A DNA stretch of 58,191 nt, filler included, from Perkinsus olseni (taxonomy: Eukaryota): NCBI GenBank assembly GCA_013115125.1. It is 4 parts of 4 records of this genome, joined end to end, with 100 filler letters (N's around TTAATTAATTAA, not from the genome) between each part and the next. Parts side by side here need not be neighbours in the genome. Positions count along the whole stretch, not along the records: positions 29,226 to 43,722 come from JABANN010000730.1; positions 43,823 to 58,191 come from JABANN010000731.1; 2 more parts are not named here. One strand, given 5' to 3'. The notes below the pieces were generated by a model that made no database searches, had not been told where the DNA came from, and saw nothing but the letters and a program-made list of their open reading frames with translations. This document shows, piece after piece, positions 35,918 through 49,050 of the stretch. Position 1 is the stretch's first letter, and each line of letters starts with the position of its first letter. A program made the position numbers and the translations under genes.

Positions 35918-37289
35918 TGCTCGTTGGAATGCATTGTCGATAGTTGCCTTTTTTGCAAATGATGCCATTTTGTCGAACGCATGTGTTGTGTCGAGAGTTG
36001 TCCCCGTGCTGCTGGGGCGTGGGATACTGGAAATGGCGGGGATACAGTCAACCCCTGAACACTACTCTCTGTGCATGTCAGTTTATAGTCCAACGCCGTC
36101 GCCGGAATAGTTAGACTTGATGCCGATTTGCTAGCAACTTAACGATGAGCTCTGTGTTGCGTTATTCAGTTGGCTGCCCGAACGCTGCCTGGCAGCGAGC
36201 AGAAATTGCAAATCAGGCCATCTCAATCTCTTCTGGCAAAATCCACTCCTCACCTCGGGGCTGTGTCCAACTACCGAAATACTGGCACTGCCGCGGCTGA
36301 CCACACGAGTTTCATCTCCAGGATACGAGAATTCAATGACCCAGCTGCTCCTCACTGCTCACGTGTGCAGTCATTCCTCAGCTTCAGATTCAAGAAGGGA
36401 GCTCTCGTTCCCTAAGGCCTTAGCCTTGAATGCCATCGTTAGTTTTGTACAGGAGTCCGCAACCGCTGCTCATCGGCTCACACTTATTGTTAGCTGCCCA
36501 AAAGTACCACCAGCGTTCATAAACGGAGAACGTCGACGGTTCGATGTAAGAGGTCGAGAGATGGAATGTCCCATCTCCTACGCAGAGCAACCTACTTGAC
36601 CCTCGATCCAACGACATCCAGAGAGCTTTTGCCTTTAGTGTATGCGTGTTGGTGCCCAGCGAGGCTCAAGGCATGCATACTCTCTTTCAAGTCTTGCGTA
36701 CGTATGATTCGGCGATCTTTGAAATTGATGGACAAAGTGAGTTAGGGCGTAGACATTTGACGCTGTTCCTATCACAATTAGGTCTGTCTTATCTCTGGAG
36801 AATGTGAATGCTCCTGTTGATCGTACTCCAACCCTCAGAGCAAAGCTTGTATTGGGATTCTGCGCGGATGTTCGTGAATGTGTGCTGTGGCCTCGCAGAA
36901 TAGCGGTGGCACCGCCGCGGTGCTGCCGGCCTGTCGTTGGGGTCGTTAATAACGACTCGTGATCTCGGCTAACTCTGTGATCCTCTGATCATTCTCCCCT
37001 CTCATTGTCTTCTACGAAGACTCTTCTTCTTCTTCTTCTTCTCAATCTTGGACGCGGCACGGCCATTCTCTGGCCATTTGCCGCCAACATGATTCCTTTT
37101 GTAACCGCCCTTCTGTGGCTCGTCAGTCTCTTTTCCATTTCGTCCCGCAATTCATCCACACGGCCATTCAAGATGACTCATCCTCGCTGTTCGGCAGACG
37201 GCATCAGTCTCTGAAGACCCTTTCCGTCATTCGTAGAAACCCCTAAAGTACCATCGCCAGATCCCGGCTTCTAGTAACAGTGTCCCCTT

Positions 37290-39475
37290 GAGGGGGCCAC
37301 GTTAGCCCTCGCAGATTCATTTCTCGAACTGATGCCACCCGTTGACTCTTCCATCGCTCTCACTCGTACAGAAGATGTCTCACATCCTTCGTGACCCGAG
37401 CGTCACAGTTCGGACATTCAGCACTGCGCCCATCAACCCGGCTCCGGTAGTATCGCAGCCGGCTCTGCTTTGAAATAAGTCCCCAGAGATTTCGGCAGCC
37501 TCCTAGTCCCCTGAGCATCTTCAGAGCTGATGCGGTGAGCACGAACTCCCTGATTGACCTTCCTTGTTTCCTGACCTCTCTTTCATACAGTGCGTCCGAC
37601 TGCTGCTCGACGGATGTCCTAACCCTCTCAGAGACCACCCTGCGATCTACGGGTACGATAAACGTCGGGTCATCGCCGTGTAGCGAGAGCAGCTTCGCCA
37701 GCTGGTCCGCTCGGCGGGTCCCTACGCACGACTTTGACCTAACGTACTGCAACTCCACATCCAAACGCAAGTCCAGTGCGCGCTGCCGGATGTACTGCAT
37801 TACAATTCCACGACAGAGCCTCCGCTTGGCAAGCCCAACTAGAATGTCGATTGCCCATTGCCAGTCCGTGATGACACATATCTCCCCGAGTCGCATCTCC
37901 CCCCCGGCCTCTACTGCACGAAGGGCTTCCAAGAGCTCAGCCTCTAGTGGAGTTGAATGTGCAAGCAATTTCCAGCCCTACGTATTCCACTCACCTTACT
38001 GCGTCTTCAACTCCGCCGCGCATCCAGCAGTTTAATCCCGCGATGCTGCCCCGTCAGTATAGAATACCCACTTTATGCAAGGACTTTCTCCGCCGCCACT
38101 CATGGCGAGAGGCCTAAGCTCTCCCGCCGCCGAGACTGGGAAATCGACCGGAGCAACGGGTCATGCAACGAGGATACCGCGGGAAAGCCTGTCACGGAAA
38201 GCCGATGTTTTATGAATTGGAATACGCATAGGAGGTCCTAGGTATCCCGTCCGCTCCTGTGTGTGACACAAAGGAGGTAGGGGTACGTGTCCTTAACCTC
38301 CGAGCCCTCCGATAGAACCGAGCCTGTAGCGCCCTCAGCTGCTTTGCAATCCTGGCGCGAAGGGCCGCGAGTCCCCAGCAGCCAACCGCGTGCAGCAGGC
38401 AGCCCCGAGCCACTGCCTTAAAGAGCACCAACGCGACATCAGTGCCCAACCCCCATGAGCTTCGGATATGCGCTTTCACAGAGTGGTAAATACCCTCCAG
38501 CCGACTGAGAATGTTCGAGGCATTAGCACCCCACCTGAATTTCTGATCCAGTGCCACTCCAAGCCATCGTACTGGCGACTCCACAATCACGTGATCACCC
38601 ATGTTGATGTGGCACGCAATACCTCCTCGCGCCCGGCATTTGGGAAAGCACATTAATTGTGTCTTCGGCAGCATGGATTGCTCAAGCGGCGTCCTGTACC
38701 TCTTCCCCGGTCTTATACTGGAAGATCAACGGCATCAACAGCATACGTCACGTAGGCCCAGGGCGATAGAACGTCGCTCCGGGACAGCATGAAACAGTTT
38801 AATATCCAGGGGGACAACACTCCTCCTTGCGCCGTCCCCCGCGTGAGCTCCATCGTGGAGACATCTCCTGCATGGTGCAGGGAGACTCGTCGGCCACTTA
38901 GATAATCGGAGAGTAGAACAAGGTAATCATCCCCGACCCCATGGGCTTTCATCTCCTTGAGGGTTGCCCAAGGACTGCACTTGTCGAATGCTCCTTCAAC
39001 GTCGAGAAAGATGCATCCTGCACTGTAGCCATTCTGCGGCAGAATTTCTGCCAGATCTTCCTTACTTCACTCTCAAGGTTTGCGATCGCAGTATCATACC
39101 CTTTGCCCGGAAGGTAGGCATGAAAGGAGTCTGGAACCTCTATCAGCCGTTCAACTGGCCGATATACGAGTCGCTCGAACACGCGAGTGAGCGCAGTCAG
39201 TACAGTTATCGGCCTCCATGACTTCACTTTCCATGCTGGACTATCATGCCCTTTTGGCAGCGTTATAACGTAGCAGCTCTCAAGATCACAAGGCAGCTGC
39301 CGATGGTGTAGGAATGCGGTGAACATCTCACAGTACACCTGAGGCTCCCTCTATCGTGAGCTGCATTGCGCTATCCGGAACCGAGTCTGTTCCCGCACAT
39401 GATGATGCCCTCACTTCTTTCGCACTAGCCAGGAGCTCTGCTTTAAAGACGGGTTCAACCTCGGGGGTTCCCTCT
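37290..39475 (-). mobile_element. 5'-truncated, frameshifted non-LTR retrotransposon: RT, RNase H and C-terminal CCHC finger
   Basis: LPKG..KSWRPITVLTALTRVFERL, GTAQGGVLSP, YAVD (YADD-like), RWLGVALDQKFRW; RNase H EAEL..VITD..RADQLAK; CPNC..DVRHLLYE. Confidence 0.9.
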
Positions 39476-40166
39476 CATTGTCACAAGTACTAGCTCAACT
39501 CAAGGCCCTTTGTAGTGTTCACCAGTGAGTACAGCCCCGCATCCCTTCCTGCGTATCAACACGAACCCCGCTACAAGCTGTCTACTTATTTCCGGTGTCA
39601 CGTTCCTACCTCGGCTGTATACAATCTTACTACCCGCCGCCCCCCTCCACACGAAGATCGATAACGCTGTGACCGTTTGTGACTGACATTTGTGACTGGT
39701 TGATGCGACTGTAACGCTTCAACCTCCCCTTCTGAGTCGTCTTCATGTAGCCACATCCTAGCCTGGGATTCCTAGGGTTACAGTGACGGAGCGAGCTCTC
39801 GCACTGGTAGACAGCAGCGTGTCTCTTCGCACTACAATTATTCAACTGATCCGCAGCTCGTTGCAGCGCTAGTAGCAGCTCTAGAAAGCAATGGCTTTGA
39901 ACGGCAAGATTCTCTTTCTCTTGAGGATAAATGTCCGGGCCGTAAAACCTTTCAGCCTATCAAACCTGAACACTATCACGCACGCAATCGTGTGAATAGA
40001 AGGCACATAGTGTGGCATAGGGATGGAGGCGATTCGCTATGGTTCCCGAAACCCTCAGGCCCTTCCCGTGTTGCTCAACAAATAGGGTGGAAATCACTAG
40101 CGGCAGCAGTTGGACCGGGCGTCTCGTTGCCGTTGAGTCTTACGACTCAGTTCTCTCAATAGTAAG

Positions 40167-40586
40167 ATGGTATTCCGTAACATCATTCGTGGTCTCTCTA
40201 TTGTGATCCTGGTGATTAGCTCTCCCCCGCCTCCTAGCGGACCCTTTTCTACGGTGATCGCTCAACACCCCTCATTCATCTGTGCGCAAGTCACTTGGAG
40301 TGAAGATCCGCATGAGGACGTCTCACTGGGTGTGAAGTGCGGTATCCCCGAGAGCGAGTCCGACTACTTGACTGTTGATAAGGTGGCACCCTCGGTCTAT
40401 AAGCTTGATGACGCTAGCCGCAATGAATACAATTTCTTCCGTAATTATGTGAATCAGCGATGCCAAGGATTGTTGGTTATGCAGGATGGCGACTTGGCTA
40501 CCTTCAACTACGATAGAACTAGCCAGTCCATGATGGTTCCGTTTGAAGGGGCCGAGCAAAATCTCTCAGCTGGAGCATGCTTCTGA
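40167..40586 (+). CDS. Small secreted Cys-containing protein of a lineage-specific family, intronless
   Basis: Signal-peptide-like N-terminus then PPPPSG; four Cys; 139 aa. A paralogous 5' end lies at 43517-43648. Confidence 0.7.
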   Translation: MVFRNIIRGLSIVILVISSPPPPSGPFSTVIAQHPSFICAQVTWSEDPHEDVSLGVKCGIPESESDYLTVDKVAPSVYKLDDASRNEYNFFRNYVNQRCQGLLVMQDGDLATFNYDRTSQSMMVPFEGAEQNLSAGACF

Positions 40587-41619
40587 AGCATAGGCTCGTT
40601 GCCGTACTCAACTTAGAAACGACCCCACGATTTTATTTCGGGCTTCCGGACTGGAAGTGCTCCCCTCTCGGTATCTTTTTCACCCTCACGCTGAATTTTC
40701 GTTGACAGTTTCCCTGGCACTGCTTATGATCATTAACTCATCATCGATGTCATGGATTCAACAGGCCTTCGTCGTTCGTTTACCATACGCGACTATCTTA
40801 TTTCATATTCCTAGTCGAGTTGCGTATGTTAATTTTAATCAGTTAGTCATTGTCGACCTCCGATTCATGATCTTGCCCCTATTTGCCTGCGAGAGTGCAA
40901 GGCGCACCTGCACTAATCTCTGATCGAAGTCCTCCGGTTTCGCGACCAAGACAGAGGAGGCTAAACTATCACGTGCAGTGTGATTCACGACAGAATACAC
41001 CAGCATTAGACTAAGCTGCTACTGAACAAAATAGAACGGGATACTCGTAGGCTAGTCGAAAGAATAGGTGTTAATGGGGTGAATCCAGCAAAGGCACAGC
41101 CTCACTGTGACACTGTCATGCAGATCGTACCAAGACTGCGGCCAACGTACCTCAGACCGACGAACTTGTTCTACGATATGCGAGTAGGAGCTAGGAAGCG
41201 TGAGGGAAGGCAATCGCTTCGGTCTGCTCTCACAAAATTTGGCGCTAGAAATGTCTGAGCCTTCGACCTCCGACTTGGAGGCGAGGTTTCGGAGGTTGAA
41301 ATGTCGAAGAGGACCCTTGTGGAAGCTACTCAAGACTGGTGAGCGAGGCCGAATACCACCTTAGAGAGCCCGTCCTCTACCCTAAATAGCCCTCGGTTTG
41401 ATCGTAAGAGCCGAACCATTATTGCGGCCTTGAGGGCATTTTCGGCCGTCTGTCCCGTGTAAACTCCACTGAAGTGCCAAAATCACGGCTTAAATTTTTG
41501 ACAGATAGTGTGAGCCACGGCATGCGAATATGGCCTTGAAAATTTGTGTACGAGTCCTACACATAGGTATCTATAATCGGTTTTTTTCTTGGGGCACTTT
41601 GATTTTCGGCGGCACCGTG

Positions 41620-41896
41620 CGACGTGAAAGCCTCTGCAATGTCCCTCGCTGTTTGCGATATCATCCCTGTACTGATGAGAATACGAAGCCACCGGAAGAA
41701 GATGGCCAAGGCCCACAATGAAGCTAATGGGGTTGGGAAGGCACAAAGCAAGGAGACTTCTCAGCAGCAGAAGAAAACTTCTTAGTGCTCGTAGCAATGC
41801 ATTGTCTATAGTTGCTTATTTTTGCTAATGATGCCATTTTGTCGAACGCAGGTATTGTGTCGAGAGTTGTCCCCGTGCTGTTGGAACGTGGGATAC
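41620..41896 (+). pseudogene. Diverged copy of the last exon and 3' flank of the VTT gene (35752-36028)
   Basis: Directly alignable, e.g. ctgcaatgtccctcgctgtttgcg..gaagatggccaaggcccacaatga..gagagttgtccccgtgctg. Confidence 0.9.
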
Positions 41897-43516
41897 CGGG
41901 TTCGGTCTACAGCCAACCTTCAATCACTTCATAACCCCCTGGAGAAAGCGATTGCTCCTCTCGATAGTACCCCAACGGTCGAGGCCAGTATTCAAAGCTT
42001 CTATGTTACCACCGAGCGTTGGACTCACGAACCGCGATAGGTGGTGATTCCGACTTGGAAGAACCGTGTTGTACATTTTTGCCGCCAGGTGCTACAATTC
42101 ACGCATCTGATGGCTGTTGATGATCTACAAATCGGAGCTTCACCCGCGATATGAAAAAGACTGGGGAAATACACATCTCAGATCGCGATTTTCTTTGGGA
42201 GAACGGCCCTTCACTTATTACGGGTGAAACTTCACTGATCCTGGTCCACTGTCCCCATGCCTCTTGCAGCTGACGGAATCACCGCAATGCAAAGTTATCA
42301 GAGTTGGTCGGTCAAGGCCCAGCATGAGGCTGGTGATCAGAGAGGCAACGAGCCAGAGGGATTCTCAGGGGAGAATCGAGAATACTCGAGATGCGTTATC
42401 GATGGTAATCTTGCATCATTGACAAGCAAGTTTGTCCAATGGCTGGGTTGTGCCGAGAAAATCTCGGCTCCGAGAGCTTGAGGATCATACTACAATCAAC
42501 AAGTTCACCAACCCTTGGCGAGCTGAACCGAGGACTCGTTCAACGAGTTGGGATCCCCGAAAGATGTTCTCCGGTGGGCGCGTCGAGTGAAGCACTGTAG
42601 TCGTGTCCCCAGTGACGCGGCCCCCTCCCTAGCTTCAATTGTATCTCGAAGCTATAAAGCTAGCAAGCATAGTGGCCGCTGAAGGAAACCCTCTGGGCCA
42701 CATGGGGTTCCTGCTCCCAATGTACACGCTCAACTCTGTTGCATACAGACGGAGCGACGTATCCGAGGTGTGCTCAAGCGTATGCGCAACAACTCGATAG
42801 TGAGATAGCCTTCAGATTAGGAAATTCACGAGGTTCGAGTTTAGGATTACCACAACCATCCGCAGGGAGGCCCCCGAATCCCTCTCGACCCCTGTCCTTT
42901 CCTCAATCTACCCGACTATCAGAGGAGAACGTCGGACCCAGTTGGCATCCCAATGAGCGATCTTATCGTCTCATAGGACCTGTCTCGCACCAACGATCCA
43001 GTACTCGAGTGTCATGAAGCTAGAAGAGCTCAGTCAGTCGGACGTAATCGGTTTGGGTGTCACCCGCGATCTGCCTACGTGTCTCCAGTGTCACGTTCCC
43101 ATTACCCGTGCATACGATCTCGATATCTGTGCCCCAGTCGCAGATCGATGCGCGCGACTGTGACGCTTCACTCCTCTCTCCTGAGTGTAGTCCCATCATA
43201 GTGTTTGTCATACAGTATTGGAGTAAAGGGCAACTGGTAGACAGCAGCCTGCCTCCGGCGCCACGACACTCTAGCTCTGCGATAGCCTGCTGCCGGGCTA
43301 TAAGGTCATGAGGGGCAAGTTCGTAAAACGGGAGAACGCTCGGGGCCACGAGACCTACGTCGCGCCGGACACTGGAGAGTGCACAACACCGACTCAGAGC
43401 ACTCCCTCGTAGGCGATCACATACGCTATGTGGCACAACATAATGAGGCATAGCTGTGAAGACGATCCGTGTCCGCTCCCGGAATCCTCTGGCCCCGAGT
43501 TGTGAGACTCAAGGAA

Positions 43517-43650
43517 TGGGGTGCACGTCACTCGTGGCGGCAGCCGTTCTGAGCGTGATGTTTCCGTCATCTTACAACCTTAGTTCTTTGAATGATATGA
43601 TGGTATTCCGTAACATCATTGGTGGTCTCCTTATTGTGATCTTGGTGGTC
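43517..43650 (+). pseudogene. Truncated paralogue of the secreted protein 5' end
   Basis: atggtattccgtaacatcatt.gtggtctc..tattgtgatc.tggtg is shared with 40167-40214, and the upstream flank is also similar. Confidence 0.7.
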
Positions 43651-43883
43651 AGGGCGTTTCCTAAGAAGATTTCTATAGCGGATCTACATGTTCATGAGTT
43701 GCAGTATAATTTGAACGACCGTNNNNNNNNNNNNNNNNNNNNNNNNNNNNNNNNNNNNNNNNNNNNTTAATTAATTAANNNNNNNNNNNNNNNNNNNNNN
43801 NNNNNNNNNNNNNNNNNNNNNNCTCCATCGCAACACAATGAAGCCAGACTCGACATCGCACGGCTAGCGGCTTTGCTGCGTGT

Positions 43884-45545
43884 GTGTGCCTAGGTCTTAA
43901 AAATATTTACAACAGCTTTGACCCGTCGTCTCCCTTCCTCGTTGGAGCCCGGCGTGAGTACGGCGTGCCCGTCATGCCGTCGATTTCTGTCGATGGTCAC
44001 TTCAAATCGATAAGAGGGGTTGGCATGATAGCGACCGTATCGATATTACACTATACACTGAAGAGTGACGGCGAGATGGGGTGGTCCGCTGCTCCCGCTA
44101 TCACCGGAGTGGGATTTTCGGAGTCGAAGGCATGTATTGCCTTTCTCTTGGAACGTCTACGTGATATCGTTAATGTATTCTTCGGAGGGGATGAGAAATG
44201 CCGAGATCTATGCGCTGGTCCAAGGCCTTCGTACCTTGTAGCTGATGCTGCTCCCGGGATCGTAACGGGAGCGAGAGAGACCTTTGGCGCCGACCTTATG
44301 TGCATACGGTGCGAATTTCACGCATCAGAAAACTTGAGTAGCGTCTCGGTGGGGTCTCCCGCCGATAAGGAGCTGTTTCTGGCGTACGCTAAGGAGAAAC
44401 TCGGAAGGTTGGTTGAGTGTGCAGGCTGGGAGTGTTACGAGTGTTACGTCAAACTCTTACTACCAGAAGTGGAGGCCGAATTCGGGGAAGGACCGAGGAA
44501 GACTCTCACCCTCTCTTGGTTGACTAATGTCGGAGAATACGGAGGAATGTATCACTTGGCACCGATGGATGTTTTGCGGCGACGCATTCTTGGGTGCACA
44601 CCCGTTACCAATAATTGTACTGAGAATGGCTTCAAGACCTTCCGAGTTCACTTTCTCGAACAGCAACGCATTAACAGTCTAGTTGGTGATGAAGGAGCCA
44701 TCTGCGTGGTGAAGAAATATTTGAGGGCCGTCGGAGACTGTGCGGCTGGTAGCCGCATTACGTCCACTGCAACTGGTTGGATGAGGGTTGTCGCGGCCCA
44801 GATTGAGAGGAAAGCAGCGGTCCGCATCGAAGAACACGGTCACAACATCCGCAGGGTGCTGCATGAGATGGACCCAACTCCAGATGGTCATCGTATGTTC
44901 TGTGTTTCATCCTCTCGTCGAACTTCGCCTCTGTCGCCGCAGGACATGCAGAAAAGGGTGGAATTTGATCTAGCACCACGCCCCGAAGTCTTTCGCTCGG
45001 TAAAGGAGTTCGAAGATGTCGTCTTGGGTATCCACTTGGTTGTTTTACCCAGAACTGTCGCTGGCCCGCCTACGAGGCCACTTTGCACTTGTCGGGGTTT
45101 CGCCTCTTGTCTGCGCTGTAGCCACACGCTCATGGTAGAACACGTACTGGGAAGACGGAAGCTTGCAACATCCATTCCAATACCAGTGCAAACAAGGGGA
45201 CGCCCAACACGGAGCCATAATCTTGGCCCTCTCGAGCGACATCCTACTGATATTGAGGCGCACCGCAAGAACATCGATGCTCCCAAGTTGCTGTCCGAGG
45301 CTGCATTATTGGCGGCAGCGGGGTCCTACAGAAGCCCACGAGACCAGTCGCCTCTCGACTGGGAATGGACTGCCCCACTCGGTGCTGACAAGAAGGTTAC
45401 TGGTCTGCATCATCCAACTGACGTCGCCGCTCAGCGTGAGATAGATGACATTGCTGAGTTGCTCGCCGAAGATGCGCTGCAGGCTGGGGAAATCAACCCG
45501 GAAAAGCTTCTGGTTCCAGTGGGGAAAATAGGTGAGTCCGGTTAA
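43884..45545 (+). mobile_element. Mutator (MULE) transposase with DDE core and SWIM zinc finger; 5' end lost in gap, possible second exon to 45871
   Basis: ISVDGHF, FSESK, LVADAAPGI..A..F, CEFH, TNNCTENGFKTFR, CTCRGF..CLRCSH. Confidence 0.92.
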
Positions 45546-46789
45546 TGTTCTGGGGCGTGAGGGAGTTTTGATTTTTTTCAGGTCCGGAGTCTACTATGTC
45601 GGAGGAAGGAGAAAAATTTGATGCTAAAAATGAAGAGGCGAAGAAGACTGAAGGTGAGACAGGAGAAAGCAACCTTGACAGGTTGGGGAACTTCATTGCA
45701 GATGAGAAGGAGAACGGCTTTGACGACGGGAATCGCAGAGAAAACCCTTCAGGAGAAGAATGCGATTCTGAAAATGAAGAGGTGAAGAAGCGCGGGCGGA
45801 GCACTCCCGACTGTAGTCCGGGGAAAGGTAAGGAGACAGCCGAGGCTCCAAATAAGCCGAGGCTAAACTAAAGGCCCTCTCAGATATGGGGTCAAGGGAG
45901 AAGAAGAAGAGTAGAGAAGCAGAGCGTAGAGGATTCGAGAGCTCTGTTCGTGAGCGGCCCCGCCGTAACAGGCCCCCTCCTGCCCGCTATGCAGCCTAGC
46001 CCATGCGCATCTCATACAGTAATGAAGTGCATCCGCCATTACAAAGGTGCTTTAATTTACCAAACGGACTCTGGAAAGAAGTCCTAGTCTGACCCAGGAG
46101 TGTCTGGATTAGGCAACTAGAGGTCGTCTGACGACAAGTGAGACGACTCGTCTCACTTGTTACCAGCCGTTATAGTAACCATGCATTTGCGAAGAACTTC
46201 ATTTTCGTAACAAGGAGTTCGGTTTGAATTCGCGAGTGAGGGTTGCGGCAAGGACCCGCAAAAAAGTGGTCATTCAATATGGGTGTCTCGTGCATCGTCA
46301 GCAGGCACACTCTTGCTCTACTCCGCCTCCTTCACTCGGAAGGAGGTAGGGGAGACAAGAGCAGGGAGATGTGACCAACCCGATATTCCTGAGCAAGCCA
46401 ATCAGACCTGTTTTTCGGAGAGTGAAGGTTATTGAGTTCCCAGTGGCCGTATCTAAATCGGAGATCTAAATCGGAATAAATTAAATCACAGAGATTTTAA
46501 ATTAAAATTCATACCTGCCATTCGGGCGCGAGCTACTACCCGAGTGGAGACTGAAAGAGGGGCTATAAGCGATAATCCGAAACAGGAGCTGTTATCCGGG
46601 TGCGGACTGTTTCCCCGGTGCGAGAAGGAAAAAAACCGGCGATTGCAAGTGAGAGCCCCCATCCCGGGCAGAGCTGTTATCCGCGTGCGGACTGATACCC
46701 AACAGTCCGATTGCGGGACTGAAAGGGAACATGTCAGGTATGGTACCATGTCAGAGGTTTATAACTCAGTTTCCGCTCAAAAAAACATC

Positions 46790-47058
46790 GCTTAGATTTT
46801 CACCGTCTCCAGCTTAGATTTTAACCGCTTAGTTTTTCGCCGCTTAGATTTTCACCGTCTCCAGCTTAGATTTTCACCGTCTCCAGCTTGGATTTTAACC
46901 GCTTAGTTAATCGCCGCTTTGATTTTCACCGTCTCCAGCTTAGATTTTCACCGTCTCCAGCTTAGATTTTAACCGCTTAGTTTTTCGCCGCTTATTCTCG
47001 GGCGTGCGCTTTTCTTCTTTAGATTTTCGCCCTCTCGCTTAGATTTTCACCTCCTACC
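46790..47058. repeat. Modular subterminal tandem repeats, likely the MULE terminal region
   Basis: Interleaved units cttagattttcaccgtctccag (22 bp), cttagattttaaccg and cttagtttttcgccg, ending at cacctcctacc. Confidence 0.75.
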
Positions 47059-47164
47059 TTGGATTTGGAGAGGTCGCGGACCGCGATCCGATAACGAGGT
47101 TGCCATATCTTGCGCTCTTAGAGTTCCCTTACACGACCGAGCAGGATTTGAAATGGTCAGCGGC

Positions 47165-47586
47165 CCTCTGCCTTGGACACGCTACACTCCTATGCATGGC
47201 CTNNNNNNNNNNNNNNNNNNNNNNNNNNNNNNNNNNNNNNNNNNNNNNNNNNNNNNNNNNNNNNNNNNNNNNNNNNNNNNNNNNNNNNNNNNNNNNNNGC
47301 CTCATGTACGGGAAGTAGTGGCCTCGGTAGGGCACAAGCCGCCAAATTCGGTCTGGTGTCTCGAACTGTTCGAATCGAACAAAACGATCCTCAAGACGCG
47401 CGCCACTTTTCGAGGCGCGTGAGCCTCTGCCTTGGACACGCTACACTCCTATGCATGGCCTCATGTACGGGAAGTAGTGGCCTCGGTAGGGCACAAGCCG
47501 CCAAATTCGGTCTGGTGTCTCGAACTGTTCGAACCGAACAAAACGATCCTCAAGACGCGCGCCACTTTTCGAGGCGCGTGAGCCTC
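47165..47586. repeat. 160-bp tandem repeat spanning an assembly gap
   Basis: The unit cctctgccttggacacgctacac...cttttcgaggcgcgtgag is repeated almost identically. Confidence 0.92.
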
Positions 47587-48808
47587 ATCGCTCAACTCAA
47601 CTTGTCTCAACGCCGTGTCAAGAACACTCCCGAGAAAGTCATCCCGCATGATCACACAGACCGCCGTTCGTGTTGATCGTGCCTAGTAAAAACCCTCGCA
47701 GGATTGACTCCAACTAAGCGCCGCCTTTTTCCTTCCCATATCCTTGACCATCTTCGCAGTCTGAGGCTGTTCATCTTTCTTTTCTCATCATGGTCGTGGC
47801 TACCGATCTACAGGCCAAATTGTTCTTCGGAATGCGGTGTTTTCTACCGGACCCAGAAGTGGTAGGGTTCGGCCTTCCTCTTCAGTTGCCATCACCCTCA
47901 TCTTGCATCAGGTCTGCGGAAACGACGGCCATTGTGTCGGCAGAGGCTGCGTTTGCGACTTCTGGACCGAAGGGCAACGATGCGAACATTACTCCTGGTG
48001 GGTTATCAACTGTGAAGCAGCTTCATCGTTCCTGGCAGGCCTGTATGGTTGTTCATATCCCTCGCCATCTTGCTCACGGTAACCGTTCTGGTCTGGGCAG
48101 CTATGTGCGGCGTTCGCTCATGTAAGAGCCATCGACAAGTACGGGTGAAGTCTGAAAGCGCCACTAGAGGCTCTTATGACAGAAACGGCGGTCTTGGACC
48201 CGTGCCGCTCCCGCAGCATGCAGAAGAATCGTAAGTCTCGCTTCCCCTGTTATAAGCCATGCGTCCACGTTTCTACTATGCAGTTGACGTTTTTATCATT
48301 TCTCTTTCAGGATCCATCCCTTTGCTTAATCAATCTTGCCGCCAACGTGGGTGTCAGTTAATCTGCCATCATCACGGTCGATCATAAATTTGGGATTATT
48401 ATTATTATTTTTAGTCGGCATGCATGCCTGTCGTCGAGCGTTGAGCACCCTAGGGCCACCCGTTTATTGGTTAGTTAACTTCTTGCCGCAAGTAAGTTTA
48501 GTAAGTAATTCTGACCGTCATATCGTGTATTCTTACCGATGGCCATGATTGAGCACAAGTTGAGCGGAAGCAGCAGCCTTCGACCTTGTGCGCTCCCCGA
48601 GGGATTCCTTACCTCTACCTTATTCGGAATCTTTTTATTTCATCAACCTGTGCCGTGTTTAGTCATCTCAACCATTTCTGGCACATTGACACATTGACAT
48701 TTCAACATTGTTAGCCTTATTCGGTGACGAGTCTCGCGTAAGGAGTAGCCGACATTGAGGATCTTCTGTGCAGACCGATGCGAGTCTGTCCGACCGTTCA
48801 GCACATGA

Positions 48809-49050
48809 TTGTGCGCGCGTGCATTTGTAAGCATGCTCGGGCCGAGCTATGGCCGTTCTCAATTATTTTCTCTTTCTACGAGTCTCCGCACGTTTCTGTG
48901 CGCGCGTGCGCTAATGAGCATGCTGCCTTTACTCTGGCCGAGCTATGGCCTTAATCCTTTATTTTCTCTCCGTACGGGTCTCTTTCAGCGCGTTGTTGTG
49001 CGCGTTCTCTTGTAAGCATGCTTGTTTTGCTCGAGCCGAGCTATGGTCGG
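48809..49050. repeat. Three diverged ~90-100 bp tandem units
   Basis: gtgcgcg...agcatgct...gccgagctatgg recurs at about 48811, 48898 and 48998. Confidence 0.8.

Noticed and set aside
48060-48082. SL-like GCCATCTTG-CTCACG-GT
   Set aside because: The match needs a gap plus mismatches and lies in a probable hydrophobic coding frame, so it is consistent with chance.
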